64,000 bases of DNA from an uncultured Clostridia bacterium (lineage in GTDB: Bacteria; Bacillota; Clostridia; Christensenellales; CAG-138): positions 6,865 to 70,864 of the forward strand of contig CAKTYT010000005.1 of the NCBI GenBank assembly GCA_934633695.1. Direction: 5' to 3'. Below are positions 28,698 to 38,256 of this stretch, in pieces. The notes under the pieces are model-generated. The model did not search any database and was not told the DNA's origin. It was given only the letters and a program-made list of their open reading frames with translations. The position numbers and the translations under genes are program-made. The first letter of the stretch is position 1; each line of letters opens with the position of its first letter.

Positions 28698-29174
28698 ATG
28701 GCTGATGCAGTACATCTTACCAGAGAGGGTCTGAAAAAACTTGAAGAGAGACTCGAATATCTGAAAACTACACGCAGGGCAGAGATCACGGACGATATCG
28801 CCGTTGCCCGTTCCTTTGGTGACCTCAGCGAAAACGCTGAATACGATGCGGCAAAAAACGAGCAGACAAATAATGAGCATGAAATCAACGAGCTTGAAAT
28901 CATGATAAAAAACGCCGTCATCATCGAAGAAACTCATGCGGACGCAGATACTGTCAGCATGGGTTCACTCGTCCGCATCAGGTTTATTGATATGGGCTTT
29001 GAAGACGAGTACAAGCTTGTCGGCTCTGCCGAGGCAGATATGGATGCAAAACCCAAACGCATTTCAAACGAATCTCCGATAGGCGGCGGCATTCTCGGCA
29101 GAAAGCTCGGCGAAAAGGTTGAGATCATGACTCCGGGCGGCATGACAAAAGTCGAAATTCTTGCAATTAACTGA
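28698..29174 (+). CDS. greA: Transcription elongation factor GreA
   Basis: Translation from MADAVHLTREGLKKLEERLEYL... An AAGGAGG SD precedes the ATG at 28698. Confidence 0.9.
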   Translation: MADAVHLTREGLKKLEERLEYLKTTRRAEITDDIAVARSFGDLSENAEYDAAKNEQTNNEHEINELEIMIKNAVIIEETHADADTVSMGSLVRIRFIDMGFEDEYKLVGSAEADMDAKPKRISNESPIGGGILGRKLGEKVEIMTPGGMTKVEILAIN

Positions 29175-29222
29175 CAGGGAACATTCGGCACACATCCTCA
29201 ACTTTGATGAAAGGTTATAACA

Positions 29223-30737
29223 ATGGAAGAAATTAAGAACACCAACGTTGCAGAAACTCCGGAAACCACCGGTGATGAGATGAATGAGCTGCTCAGGATC
29301 AGGCGTGACAAGCTCGCCGCCCTTCAGGAGGCAGGAAAGGATCCGTTTAGAATCGTTAAATTCGACAGGAATGCTTACAGCACCGACATCAAATCCGATT
29401 ATGATGCTTACGCCGGCAAAGAGGTTACTATCGCCGGCAGAATGATGGCAAAGAGAGTCATGGGTAAGGCCAGCTTTGCAACGCTGAGGGATGCAAAGGG
29501 AGATATTCAGACTTATATTCGCCGCGATGACGTTGGCGAAGAGAGCTATATCGACTTTAAAACCTACGATATCGGCGACATGCTCGGTGTTACGGGAACG
29601 GTGTTCACCACAAAAACGGGTGAAATTTCCATTCACGCAACGCAAGTCACGCTGCTTTCAAAGTCTCTCCGTCCCCTTCCCGAGAAGTTTCATGGTCTTA
29701 CCGATACGGATCTTAGATACCGCAGGAGATATGTCGACCTTATCATGAACCCCGATGTACGCGAAACCTTCATCAAACGCAGTAAAATCACCGCAGAGAT
29801 CCGCAGGTATCTGAATGAACAGGGCTTTATCGAGGTGGAGACTCCCGTCCTCAGCACCGTTGCAAGCGGTGCGAATGCAAGGCCGTTCATAAGCCACTAT
29901 AACGCACTGGACATGGATGTCTATATGCGTATTGCAACAGAGCTTCCGCTCAAGATGTGCATTGTCGGCGGTCTTGAAAAGGTTTACGAGCTTGGACACC
30001 AGTTCCGCAACGAGGGTATGGATGCAACGCATAACCCCGAATACACCAGTCTTGAACTTTACCAGGCATATACGGATTACCATGGAATGATGGATTTGGC
30101 GGAAAATCTGCTTGCACACTGTGCAATGAACGTTCTCGGTACGACAAAGATAAACTTCCAGGGCAACGAAATTGACCTCACCCCTCCCTTCCGCAGGCAG
30201 AGCATGAACGATGCTGTTCTTGAGCATACCGGCGTTGATTTCTACGCCTGCAGCAGCGGCGAAGAGGCGATCGCAAAAGCAAAGACTCTCGGACTCGAAA
30301 TTGAAGACAAAACGGCGTCGATCGGCAAGGTGCTGTTCGCCGCATTTGATGAGTTCGTTGAGAGCAAGCTCATTCAGCCGACTTTTATCATCGATTACCC
30401 GGTTGAAGTCTCCCCTCTCACCAAGCGTAAACCCGATAATCCCAATATTGTTGAAAGGTTTGAGCTTTTCATCGGCGGTGCGGAGTACTGCAATGCGTTT
30501 AGTGAGCTTAACGACCCCATTGACCAGCGTCAGCGTTTTGAACACCAGGCAATGGAAAAGGCAAAGGGTGACGACGAGGCGATGCCCATTGATGAAAACT
30601 TCATCATGGCTCTCGAGTACGGTATGCCCCCCACCGGCGGCATAGGCTTTGGTATCGACAGGATTATGATGCTGCTCACAGACTCCCCCACTATCCGCGA
30701 TGTGCTTCTTTTCCCGACAATGAAGCCGATTAAGTAA
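29223..30737 (+). CDS. lysS: Lysine--tRNA ligase (class II)
   Basis: The 504-aa ORF has the class II motifs ([14 protein letters not shown]). It shows the greA-lysS linkage. Confidence 0.92.
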   Translation: MEEIKNTNVAETPETTGDEMNELLRIRRDKLAALQEAGKDPFRIVKFDRNAYSTDIKSDYDAYAGKEVTIAGRMMAKRVMGKASFATLRDAKGDIQTYIRRDDVGEESYIDFKTYDIGDMLGVTGTVFTTKTGEISIHATQVTLLSKSLRPLPEKFHGLTDTDLRYRRRYVDLIMNPDVRETFIKRSKITAEIRRYLNEQGFIEVETPVLSTVASGANARPFISHYNALDMDVYMRIATELPLKMCIVGGLEKVYELGHQFRNEGMDATHNPEYTSLELYQAYTDYHGMMDLAENLLAHCAMNVLGTTKINFQGNEIDLTPPFRRQSMNDAVLEHTGVDFYACSSGEEAIAKAKTLGLEIEDKTASIGKVLFAAFDEFVESKLIQPTFIIDYPVEVSPLTKRKPDNPNIVERFELFIGGAEYCNAFSELNDPIDQRQRFEHQAMEKAKGDDEAMPIDENFIMALEYGMPPTGGIGFGIDRIMMLLTDSPTIRDVLLFPTMKPIK

Positions 30738-30745
30738 TAAATACA

Positions 30746-30790
30746 AAAAGACCATGGCATTTTCAAAAATCGTGCCATGGTCTTTTCTTT
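30746..30790. terminator. Bidirectional terminator between lysS and the HAD gene
   Basis: AGACCATGGCA-loop-TGCCATGGTCT is flanked by A-rich and T-rich tracts. Confidence 0.8.
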
Positions 30791-30793
30791 ACC

Positions 30794-31441
30794 CTATTCT
30801 AAAAGCATTTTTTCAAGCTCCTGAACGCTTTCTGCAACGGCAGCCGCACCGCTGCTGCGAAGCTCATCTTCACCGCCGTATCCGTAAGCAACACCGATGC
30901 AAGGGATTGAAAACTCGCCTGAGCCGGCAACATCATAACTGCGGTCCCCTACCATGACGGCATTTTCTCCGGAAAGGTCGGGGAAATTTGCCAGGATATG
31001 CATTATAACATCACGCTTTTCGGGACGCATCTCACTGAGAGTGTTGCCAGCGACAAAATCAAAGTACTTGAGAATATCGAAGTGTTCGAGAATCTGTTCC
31101 GCAAACTCTTCGGGTTTACTCGTTGCAAGAATGATTTTTGAGCCGTTTGCCTTGAGTGCTGCTAGAAGGTGGTCGATGCCGTTGTAGATCTCATTTTCAA
31201 ATAAGCCGCCATTCTGAAAGCGTTCACGATAGTAGTTAAGGGCAAGAACGGCCTGCTCATCTGTAAAGTTATAGAACGTTTTGAAGGAATAGACGAGAGG
31301 GGGACCGATAAATTTATAGAGACTGCTCCTGTCCGAAACCTCAATGCCGAAGCGTGACAGTGCGTATATGACGCTGTTGGTGATGCCGAGAGCGGGATCG
31401 GTAAGCGTCCCGTCAAGGTCGAATAAAACATACTTGTACAT
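30794..31441 (-). CDS. HAD-IA family hydrolase (phosphoglycolate phosphatase-like)
   Basis: The 215-aa ORF has the DLDGTLTD motif I and the GDRSYD motif IV. Confidence 0.75.
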   Translation of the reverse strand: MYKYVLFDLDGTLTDPALGITNSVIYALSRFGIEVSDRSSLYKFIGPPLVYSFKTFYNFTDEQAVLALNYYRERFQNGGLFENEIYNGIDHLLAALKANGSKIILATSKPEEFAEQILEHFDILKYFDFVAGNTLSEMRPEKRDVIMHILANFPDLSGENAVMVGDRSYDVAGSGEFSIPCIGVAYGYGGEDELRSSGAAAVAESVQELEKMLLE

Positions 31442-31450
31442 GGATACTCC

Positions 31451-33997
31451 TCACGGGGTCACATCGTCCGGTTTGGTGAGCGTTTCGGGCGAGGCGGCGT
31501 CGATTTTCTGAAAATAGTAGGTCATGATGTCTTCAATTGCACCGGCAGAAGACGAACCGGAGTATCCGTTAGGGATACAAACGCAAATGGCAATTTCGGG
31601 GTTGTCATTCGGTCCGAATGCAACGAACCAACTGGAGTTTTGAATATCGATGGTTACGTTTCCGACCTGTGCTGAACCGGTCTTGCCGCTGATTTGTTCG
31701 AGGTAGCCGAGCTCAGCAAAACGCTGACTGAAGGATGTACCTGCCGTACCGCCGTCCTCGGGCGAAACGACGCCCGCCATGCCCTTGCGGATAGCCGTCC
31801 AGTACGATTCGGGAGCGTTTATTTCGTTGAAAACAGTGGGCTCAACTTTCAAAACGACTTCACCGTCCGGTGCGGTCACGCGGTCAACGATATGTGCATC
31901 GTAAACCGTGCCGCCATTTGCAATCGCAGCAACGTAGCGAACCGCCGCAACGGGGGTCACAAGCAAAATACTCTGACCGATGCCGGTACGAATGGTAAGG
32001 GTCGCTTTCCACTGGATTTCGTTGAGAAGACTGGTTATTTCCGTGACCCAACCCTTGGACCTTGAAATGCCGTCGGGAATGCCGAGTTCTTCACTGAGAA
32101 TTCTCCGGACTTCGCTGCCCTTGCCGACGAGAGAGCCGTCCTGAAGCTGCATGAGCTTTTCTGCACAGGATTCAACTGCCGTCCGGTCGGCATCCACTCC
32201 TCTGATATGCTGATAGCCATTGAGAAGCTCGCAGAGCCTGTTGAATACAAGGGTCGGAATACTTGTGGATTGCTGATTGTGCGGCTTGGTATTGTCATAA
32301 AGGGCGGCCTGACCGCCGATGATGCCGGTCGTTTCGCCAACGAGTTCAATATTGGTCTTGTTTGCAAGTCCGAGCCGTTCCGCCCAGTCGGCAAGCTTAT
32401 CGATACCGAGCCTGCTCGCAATTTCGCAGAAATAATAGTTGCATGAGTTTTTTAGTGCTTCGACAACCGTCTGGTCGCTGTGGTTTGCGGGGTTTCTCGT
32501 CCAACACTTAACAGGGTTTGAAAGAATGAGTTCGCCAGTTTCGGGATTGCGTACAAAGTAGGGAGATTCATCGGATATCGTCTCATCAAGCTGAGTAACG
32601 CCTTCAATAAGCCCCGCAATGCCCGTACACATCTTGAATATTGAGCCCGGTGCAAGCTTCATGGATATGGCCTTGTTGAGTGTCGGTGTGGTTTCCTTCG
32701 CTTCATCGCTCGTGTAGAGTGCAGCGGCCTGATCGACACTCAACCCGTCAATAAACCAGTTCGGGTCAAACGTGGGATACGATGCCATTGCAAGGATATT
32801 GCCTGTATTTACGTCCATAACGACGATAGCCCCCGTCTTTGCGGTTTTTATTGAGTCATACTCTGCATATTCGCCATCGTAATTGCCGTCGCCGTCCGGA
32901 TCGATGAGTGCCATCTGCTTTCTATTGATTTCGTCGATGATGTCTTCAAGTGCAGTTTCGACAACTGCCTGCATCGGAAGGTCAATTGTGAGAGTAAGAT
33001 CGTTGCCGTCAGTTGGCGGAGTGACAGACACGGTTTTGATGATTGCCTTGTTTGCATTTGTCTTTAAAACAATGCTGCCGTGGTGTTCTGAGGTACACCC
33101 GGTAAGGTAGGCTTCCATTGCTGCTTCAACGCCCGATGCACCGATGTAATCATCAGCGGAATAACCCATTTCGAGGTATTCCTTTGCATTGTCAGCATTC
33201 ATTTTTTGGCAGTAACCGAGGATGTGAGCCGCAGTTTCACCGTAGGGATAAACCCTTCTCGTACTCTGTACAGTTTGTATGCCGGCAAGGTCTTTCATTT
33301 CAAGTTTTGCTACGACAGACATATCGACATTTTCGGCAATGGTTATGGGCTTGTAGCTCTGATAATCATTTAAAAGGACTTCCTGCCTGATTGAAATAAC
33401 TTTGACTGCTTCCTCAAAGGGCAGGTCATCGGGAATAAACCAATTTTTGCAGAGTCTAAGATAAGCGTCCTGTGCCGATATCCACTGGCTCAAGTCATCA
33501 ACCTCGGTATTGTCGGAGTTTTTCGGTATGTGAAAACCGCATGCGTTGCAGAAATTGCGGTATCTTGAGCGAATCGTCTTCTCATTTTCCGAACCCCAAT
33601 CATAGTAAAAACCGCCTGTGTCGTCCATGCGGATGTAGGATGTGTCAATTGTATTTCCTCCGCCTTCTTCGATAATCGAAATGGCTTCAAGCAGTGCTTC
33701 GGTATAGATGGCACTGTAATAATCTGAACGGCTGTCACCGTCGCGGAGAAATTCAACGTTATAACAGGTCTCATCATAGGCGAGAACAAGACCATTCCTG
33801 TCGGAGATCGTACCGCGTCTTCCGCGGGTTGTAATTGTCCTGAGCGTTTCTTTATCTTCGTCCGAAAGGTATGCACCTCCGTTTACAATGGTGAGCTCGT
33901 AAAGCTTGGTCAAAAGCAGACTCATCATCATGAAAAGCACCACGCCGAGAATAATAAATCGTGATATTGATTTTTTTTCCGTGTTTTTTTTCTTCAT
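31451..33997 (-). CDS. mrdA: Penicillin-binding protein 2 (class B transpeptidase)
   Basis: The 848-aa ORF has an N-terminal TM segment and the SIFK (SxxK), SCN (SxN) and KTG motifs. It follows mreCD. Confidence 0.85.
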   Translation of the reverse strand: MKKKNTEKKSISRFIILGVVLFMMMSLLLTKLYELTIVNGGAYLSDEDKETLRTITTRGRRGTISDRNGLVLAYDETCYNVEFLRDGDSRSDYYSAIYTEALLEAISIIEEGGGNTIDTSYIRMDDTGGFYYDWGSENEKTIRSRYRNFCNACGFHIPKNSDNTEVDDLSQWISAQDAYLRLCKNWFIPDDLPFEEAVKVISIRQEVLLNDYQSYKPITIAENVDMSVVAKLEMKDLAGIQTVQSTRRVYPYGETAAHILGYCQKMNADNAKEYLEMGYSADDYIGASGVEAAMEAYLTGCTSEHHGSIVLKTNANKAIIKTVSVTPPTDGNDLTLTIDLPMQAVVETALEDIIDEINRKQMALIDPDGDGNYDGEYAEYDSIKTAKTGAIVVMDVNTGNILAMASYPTFDPNWFIDGLSVDQAAALYTSDEAKETTPTLNKAISMKLAPGSIFKMCTGIAGLIEGVTQLDETISDESPYFVRNPETGELILSNPVKCWTRNPANHSDQTVVEALKNSCNYYFCEIASRLGIDKLADWAERLGLANKTNIELVGETTGIIGGQAALYDNTKPHNQQSTSIPTLVFNRLCELLNGYQHIRGVDADRTAVESCAEKLMQLQDGSLVGKGSEVRRILSEELGIPDGISRSKGWVTEITSLLNEIQWKATLTIRTGIGQSILLVTPVAAVRYVAAIANGGTVYDAHIVDRVTAPDGEVVLKVEPTVFNEINAPESYWTAIRKGMAGVVSPEDGGTAGTSFSQRFAELGYLEQISGKTGSAQVGNVTIDIQNSSWFVAFGPNDNPEIAICVCIPNGYSGSSSAGAIEDIMTYYFQKIDAASPETLTKPDDVTP

Positions 33998-34031
33998 TAA
34001 TTTTTACCGTCAGCTCTTAAGTTAAAGGAAG

Positions 34032-34526
34032 TCAGTAGGTATTTTTTGTACACTTGTGCTTTATAAACAGATAGCACAATGCTCCGGCGGCACCGGTGAG
34101 GGCAGTACAAGGGAGGATATGGGTCAGCATGAGACTGAAAAATCCAACCATATTCCTGCCCGTAAGTTTGCACACGGCAAACACAATGAGTTCGCGGACA
34201 AGTACTACAATTGCAGCGGCGGCAGCAGGTACGAGCCAATTATCTGCATAGAACTTTTCGTGGAAAAAACCGCCGCACAGTGCGGCAAGGCAGAAAAAAA
34301 CGGAACTCGATCCTATGCCGATATTTGCCGTAATGTCAATAATAATTCCCAATGCAATGCCTGTAAGTGCTGCGGGAATACCACCGACAACTATTCCGAG
34401 AGGGAGAATGAGTGCAATCAGCATATCGGGGGCGAAGCTCGCAATTCCGAGAATTTTAAAGAATACAGTGTCAAGGTACGCAGCGATTATGAACGCAATA
34501 ATTATCGGGACTTTGCGGATGGCCAT
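34032..34526 (-). CDS. mreD: Rod shape-determining protein MreD
   Basis: A 164-aa polytopic membrane protein directly after mreC. Confidence 0.75.
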   Translation of the reverse strand: MAIRKVPIIIAFIIAAYLDTVFFKILGIASFAPDMLIALILPLGIVVGGIPAALTGIALGIIIDITANIGIGSSSVFFCLAALCGGFFHEKFYADNWLVPAAAAAIVVLVRELIVFAVCKLTGRNMVGFFSLMLTHILPCTALTGAAGALCYLFIKHKCTKNTY

Positions 34527-35365
34527 CAGTTGCTCCCTCCGATATCGATAATAATTGCAACTTCTTCAATATGGACAAAATCGACCGCCGGAAGTATGAC
34601 AGCAGATGTGCCCGTGCTGCCGGAGAGCACTTCGGAGACTGTCCCGACGAGAAGTCCCTTGGGATAGACATCGCCTATGCCGCTGGTGATTATGACATCG
34701 CCCGGAGAAAGGTCGGCTCTGTCCGAGGGAAGATAGTAAAGCTCCATATCGGGCTGAGAAACAGAGGGGTCAAGCAGACCGCGAACCATGCAGTTGTCGC
34801 GTGTACGCTCTACCATAACCGGTACGGTCATGCTCGAGTCGATCACGGCGGTGACTTTGCACCACGTTGAACCGACTTCACTCACCTTCCCAACGAGTCC
34901 ATCGGAGCTTACGACTGCCATATCGACGGCGACGCCCGCATTTCTGCCAACGTTGAGAGTAAAGGTTCTGAACCATATTCCGGTAGATTTAGCAACGATT
35001 TTTGCCGTGCAGTATTTGTAATCGCCAAGCTCGTCAACATAGCCCAACAGCTCTTTGAGACGTGCATTTTCCTTCTCAAGCTCTTCAAGGCGGATCTTAT
35101 CCTGCTCATATAGAGCAAGCTCTCCCCTGAGTTGTTCGTTGTCCTTATCCAGGTCTGTAGTGTTGAAAAGATTGCGGAAAAAATCAGCAATGCTTTCCGA
35201 GGCTCTCGAGGCGAACCCTTGAATCGGTGTAACAATGACGCCAATGGCGTTCTCTATACGTCCGGCAGTGCTGCTCCAACTTGATACGATAATGAGAACT
35301 GCAAGCAAAGCAACAGCAATGAACGATATTAATAAAGGTCTGTTCCTGACCCCACCCTTTTTCAT
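34526..35365 (-). CDS. mreC: Rod shape-determining protein MreC
   Basis: The 279-aa ORF has a TM segment, a coiled coil (ELALYEQDKIRLEELEKENARLKELL) and a beta-barrel region. Confidence 0.85.
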   Translation of the reverse strand: MKKGGVRNRPLLISFIAVALLAVLIIVSSWSSTAGRIENAIGVIVTPIQGFASRASESIADFFRNLFNTTDLDKDNEQLRGELALYEQDKIRLEELEKENARLKELLGYVDELGDYKYCTAKIVAKSTGIWFRTFTLNVGRNAGVAVDMAVVSSDGLVGKVSEVGSTWCKVTAVIDSSMTVPVMVERTRDNCMVRGLLDPSVSQPDMELYYLPSDRADLSPGDVIITSGIGDVYPKGLLVGTVSEVLSGSTGTSAVILPAVDFVHIEEVAIIIDIGGSN

Positions 35366-35443
35366 AGCCGGTTATCCTTTCTTCGAGGAGAATCTGAGGA
35401 TTATTCAATGCAGAATGCGATTGCATAAACCTCCACGCATAAT

Positions 35444-35472
35444 ATTATACGCATGCCAAGGGGCATTTTCAA
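35444..35472 (-). promoter_or_regulatory. Sigma-A-type promoter for mreC
   Basis: On the minus strand: TTGAAA, 17 nt, TATAAT, about 80 nt upstream of the mreC ATG. Confidence 0.6.
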
Positions 35473-35711
35473 GGTGAAACTTCTGTTTTCTGCACTCAAC
35501 CGCAGTTTTGTGCCGAAATGAGAAATTTTCAACTGTCGTACATAAAAATAGGAAACGTCAACCATACGTCGAACATGCGTAGTATTTTGGACACTGAATA
35601 TTTTTTTCTTGACAATGGGGGAAAATCGAGTTAAACTCATGGATTGTGCCGCAAGAACGGCAGAATCTGCAAAAAAACGTGCGAAACGGTCAAAAAAATT
35701 CGATTTTTGTG

Positions 35712-35740
35712 TTGACAATAATATAGTATCGTGATATAAT
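35712..35740 (+). promoter_or_regulatory. Consensus sigma-A promoter for the GntR-family gene
   Basis: TTGACA, 17 nt, TATAAT. Confidence 0.65.
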
Positions 35741-35849
35741 AGGGTCGGTTGTTTATGTACAACTGAGCGTAGGATAACGTGCCCTTTGTAAACCGAACGT
35801 TTATGGTGCAGGCATAACAGTAACAGGAAAAAGAAAGAGAGAAAAGATT

Positions 35850-36521
35850 ATGCAGCTTAAAGACATTGCAGAAGAAATGCAGCAACGCTCAATGGCAGCA
35901 CGCGACTGGGTTTTCCAGGTTCTGCGTACCGCAATTATCCGCGGAGTTCTTCCCGGAGGAATGCCCCTCAGGCAGGACGAAATTTCAGCACAGCTCAGCG
36001 TCAGCCACATCCCCGTAAGGGAAGCTTTCCGTCAGCTTGATGCACAGGGTCTTGTCCGTATTTACCCCAACAGAGGTGCAGTCGTAACCAAGCTCACTCG
36101 TGACGAGCTTGAAAACGCAATGGATACACGCATTATCCTTGAAATGGGTGCGATTCGTGCGGCGATCCCTCTCATGACTGACAAATTTATTGAAAAAGCA
36201 GCGGCTATTCTTGAGGAAACCGAAACAGAAACCGATGCAAATAAGCTTGAAGATCTTAACCTTCAGTTCCACTTTGCACTCTATGAAGCAACGGGCAACA
36301 CCTTCCTTCTCCAGCTGATCGAACAGCTCCATGCAAATGTTGACCGCTATGTCCGCCCCTACTACTCCGCAATGGAAGTCAGCAGCCAAACAAAGGGCGA
36401 GCACTACAAGCTTCTTGATGCATGTAGAAGCGGTGACAGCGAATATGCTGCGGCGATTCTCCGTACGCACCTTGAAAAGACCAAGGTTCTTTCGCTCAAT
36501 TCGCCGATTCTTCAGAGCTGA
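35850..36521 (+). CDS. GntR family transcriptional regulator, FadR/FCD subfamily
   Basis: The 223-aa ORF has an N-terminal winged HTH (LRQDEISAQLSVSHIPVREAFRQL) and an all-helical FCD-like C-terminus. Confidence 0.8.
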   Translation: MQLKDIAEEMQQRSMAARDWVFQVLRTAIIRGVLPGGMPLRQDEISAQLSVSHIPVREAFRQLDAQGLVRIYPNRGAVVTKLTRDELENAMDTRIILEMGAIRAAIPLMTDKFIEKAAAILEETETETDANKLEDLNLQFHFALYEATGNTFLLQLIEQLHANVDRYVRPYYSAMEVSSQTKGEHYKLLDACRSGDSEYAAAILRTHLEKTKVLSLNSPILQS

Positions 36522-36810
36522 TTAATCTTAGATGACCTTGAATAGAATAGGGCGTAGAGCATACGCCCTTGTTTGTGTACATTCAATTTTATTTGAACGG
36601 AGTATTATAAAATGGGCATTATAATGTGATCTCCCCCGTTCAGGCAAAGCTCCTTTAAAAATTTGCCGCTCAATTTCTCTTGACAAACACGCAAGATTAG
36701 TATATCATCTAATTGTACATTCGGCATATGATTCCGACTGTATGGGGGAAGAGAGAGTGGCTTTGCCCAAAGAGGCATGGCCGGACTTTTTGTGCCGAAA
36801 GGGGAATATT

Positions 36811-37698
36811 ATGAATACTTTTGTTTTAAGCTGCTGTTCCACAGCTGATCTGTCTAAGGAACATTTCGAGAAAAGAAACATCAGCTACATTTGCTTCCAT
36901 TACACCATTGATGGTGTAAATCATCCGGATGACTTGGGTCAAAGTATGCCATTTGACAAGTTTTACGCAGCAATGGCAGCAGGAGCAAAGACTTCCACGT
37001 CTCAAGTCAATATCGGTGAGTTTACGGAGTACTTTGGAAAGATTTTGGCGAACGGCAATGATCTTCTTCATGTCAGTCTTTCCTCGGGTATATCGGGTTC
37101 GTACAACTCGGCATGCAAAGCAGCTGAAATGCTTCGCGAAAAGTATCCCGACAGGAAAATTTTTGTCGTCGATTCGCTTGGGGCTTCATCGGGGTTTGGT
37201 TTGCTCATGGATAAGCTTGCGGATTTGCGTGATGAAGGCCTTTCTATTGATGAGGTTCGTGATTGGGCTGAGGCAAATAAGCTTCGTGTCCACCACTGGT
37301 TTTTCTCGACAGATCTTTCATTTTATGTCAAAGGCGGCCGAATTTCAAAAACAGCAGGTTTTGTCGGTACATTGTTGAATATTTGCCCTCTGCTCAATAT
37401 GGATAATCTCGGCAGATTGATTCCAAGATCAAAAATCAGGACAAAACGTAGGGTAATAACCGAAATCGTAAACAAAATGGAACAAAATGCACAGGATGGA
37501 CTGGATTATTCGGGAAAGTGTTATATAAGCAATTCAGCGTGCATTGAAGATGCACGGGCGGTTGAGGAGCTGGTAGAGCAGCGGTTTAAAAAGCTTAACG
37601 GCAGAGTTCTTATAAACAATATTGGAACAACGATAGGAAGCCATACCGGTCCGGGTACTGTTGCATTGTTTTTCTTCGGAAATGAAAGAAAAGATTGA
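36811..37698 (+). CDS. DegV family (FakB-like) fatty-acid-binding protein, paralog 1
   Basis: Translation from MNTFVLSCCSTADLS... matches the length and pattern of the DegV/EDD fold. Confidence 0.8.
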   Translation: MNTFVLSCCSTADLSKEHFEKRNISYICFHYTIDGVNHPDDLGQSMPFDKFYAAMAAGAKTSTSQVNIGEFTEYFGKILANGNDLLHVSLSSGISGSYNSACKAAEMLREKYPDRKIFVVDSLGASSGFGLLMDKLADLRDEGLSIDEVRDWAEANKLRVHHWFFSTDLSFYVKGGRISKTAGFVGTLLNICPLLNMDNLGRLIPRSKIRTKRRVITEIVNKMEQNAQDGLDYSGKCYISNSACIEDARAVEELVEQRFKKLNGRVLINNIGTTIGSHTGPGTVALFFFGNERKD

Positions 37699-37743
37699 CA
37701 AGTAAAAAATGTAAGTCAAACAAACGTAAATAAACACAGAAAA

Positions 37744-37775
37744 AAGCCAAACTGCCTTGTGCAGCTTGGCTTTTC
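37744..37775 (+). terminator. Rho-independent terminator after DegV paralog 1
   Basis: AAGCCAAACTGC-loop-GCAGCTTGGCTT followed by T4. Confidence 0.7.
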
Positions 37776-37813
37776 ATGTTAGGCAATCAAATTCTGTTAC
37801 ATGTGGGTATATT

Positions 37814-38191
37814 TCAGGATCTATTCGGCAAACGTGGATTTGATGTATTCGAATCAAAGGCTTCGTTCCATAAATATCTCGTCCCGGGGTGTGACACTTC
37901 TTCAAAACCGAATTGTTCAAAGAGCTTTCGGGAAGCTTCATTGCCCTCCACATAGCACATGGAAACTTTCGGATATTTTCCTTCCTCCCTCATCGCTTCC
38001 AGAACAAGGCAGACTGCGGCTTTTCCATATCCCTTCCCTTTAAATTCATAAGCTTAGAGCATTCTATCACGCAAAGGTAAATTACGCAAGAAAAGGCACG
38101 GAAGATTTCTCATTGGTGCAGAAAAAAATTGTTGTAAGTATTCGCCTGCATGACGGTGAATGGTGGAGAGAGAAATGTAAATTTTCTTAGT
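37814..38191 (-). pseudogene. Degraded GNAT N-acetyltransferase remnant
   Basis: The minus-strand frame reads ...LRDRML*AYEFKGKGYGKAAVCLVLEAMREEGKYPKVSMCYVEGNEASRKLFEQFGFEE... The GNAT Q/RxxGxG motif is present. An in-frame TAA lies at 38054-38056, and the N-terminal half is too short and lacks a start. Confidence 0.5.
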
Positions 38192-38221
38192 TTATTTAAC
38201 TCGATTCAAATGTTTTTCTGC

Positions 38222-38250
38222 AAAAAAATAGGGCTGAACACGTCAGCCCC
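38222..38250 (-). terminator. Rho-independent terminator after mgtE
   Basis: On the minus strand, GGGCTGA-cgtgt-TCAGCCC is followed by TATTTTTTT. Confidence 0.75.
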
Positions 38251-38256
38251 CTGTTT

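Noticed and set aside
29658-30755. A 365-aa ORF on the minus strand, entirely antisense to lysS.
   Set aside because: It has no SD and a low-complexity, Cys/His-rich unnatural composition. It lies inside a very well-supported gene, so it is a stop-free antisense frame rather than a gene.
35401-35718. A 105-aa minus-strand ORF in the mreC/gntR intergenic region.
   Set aside because: It spans two opposing consensus promoters, has no SD and has an implausible sequence. The region is better explained as divergent regulatory DNA.
37801-38043. An 80-aa plus-strand ORF from the track.
   Set aside because: It is the antisense shadow of the GNAT remnant, whose minus-strand frame carries the recognisable motif.
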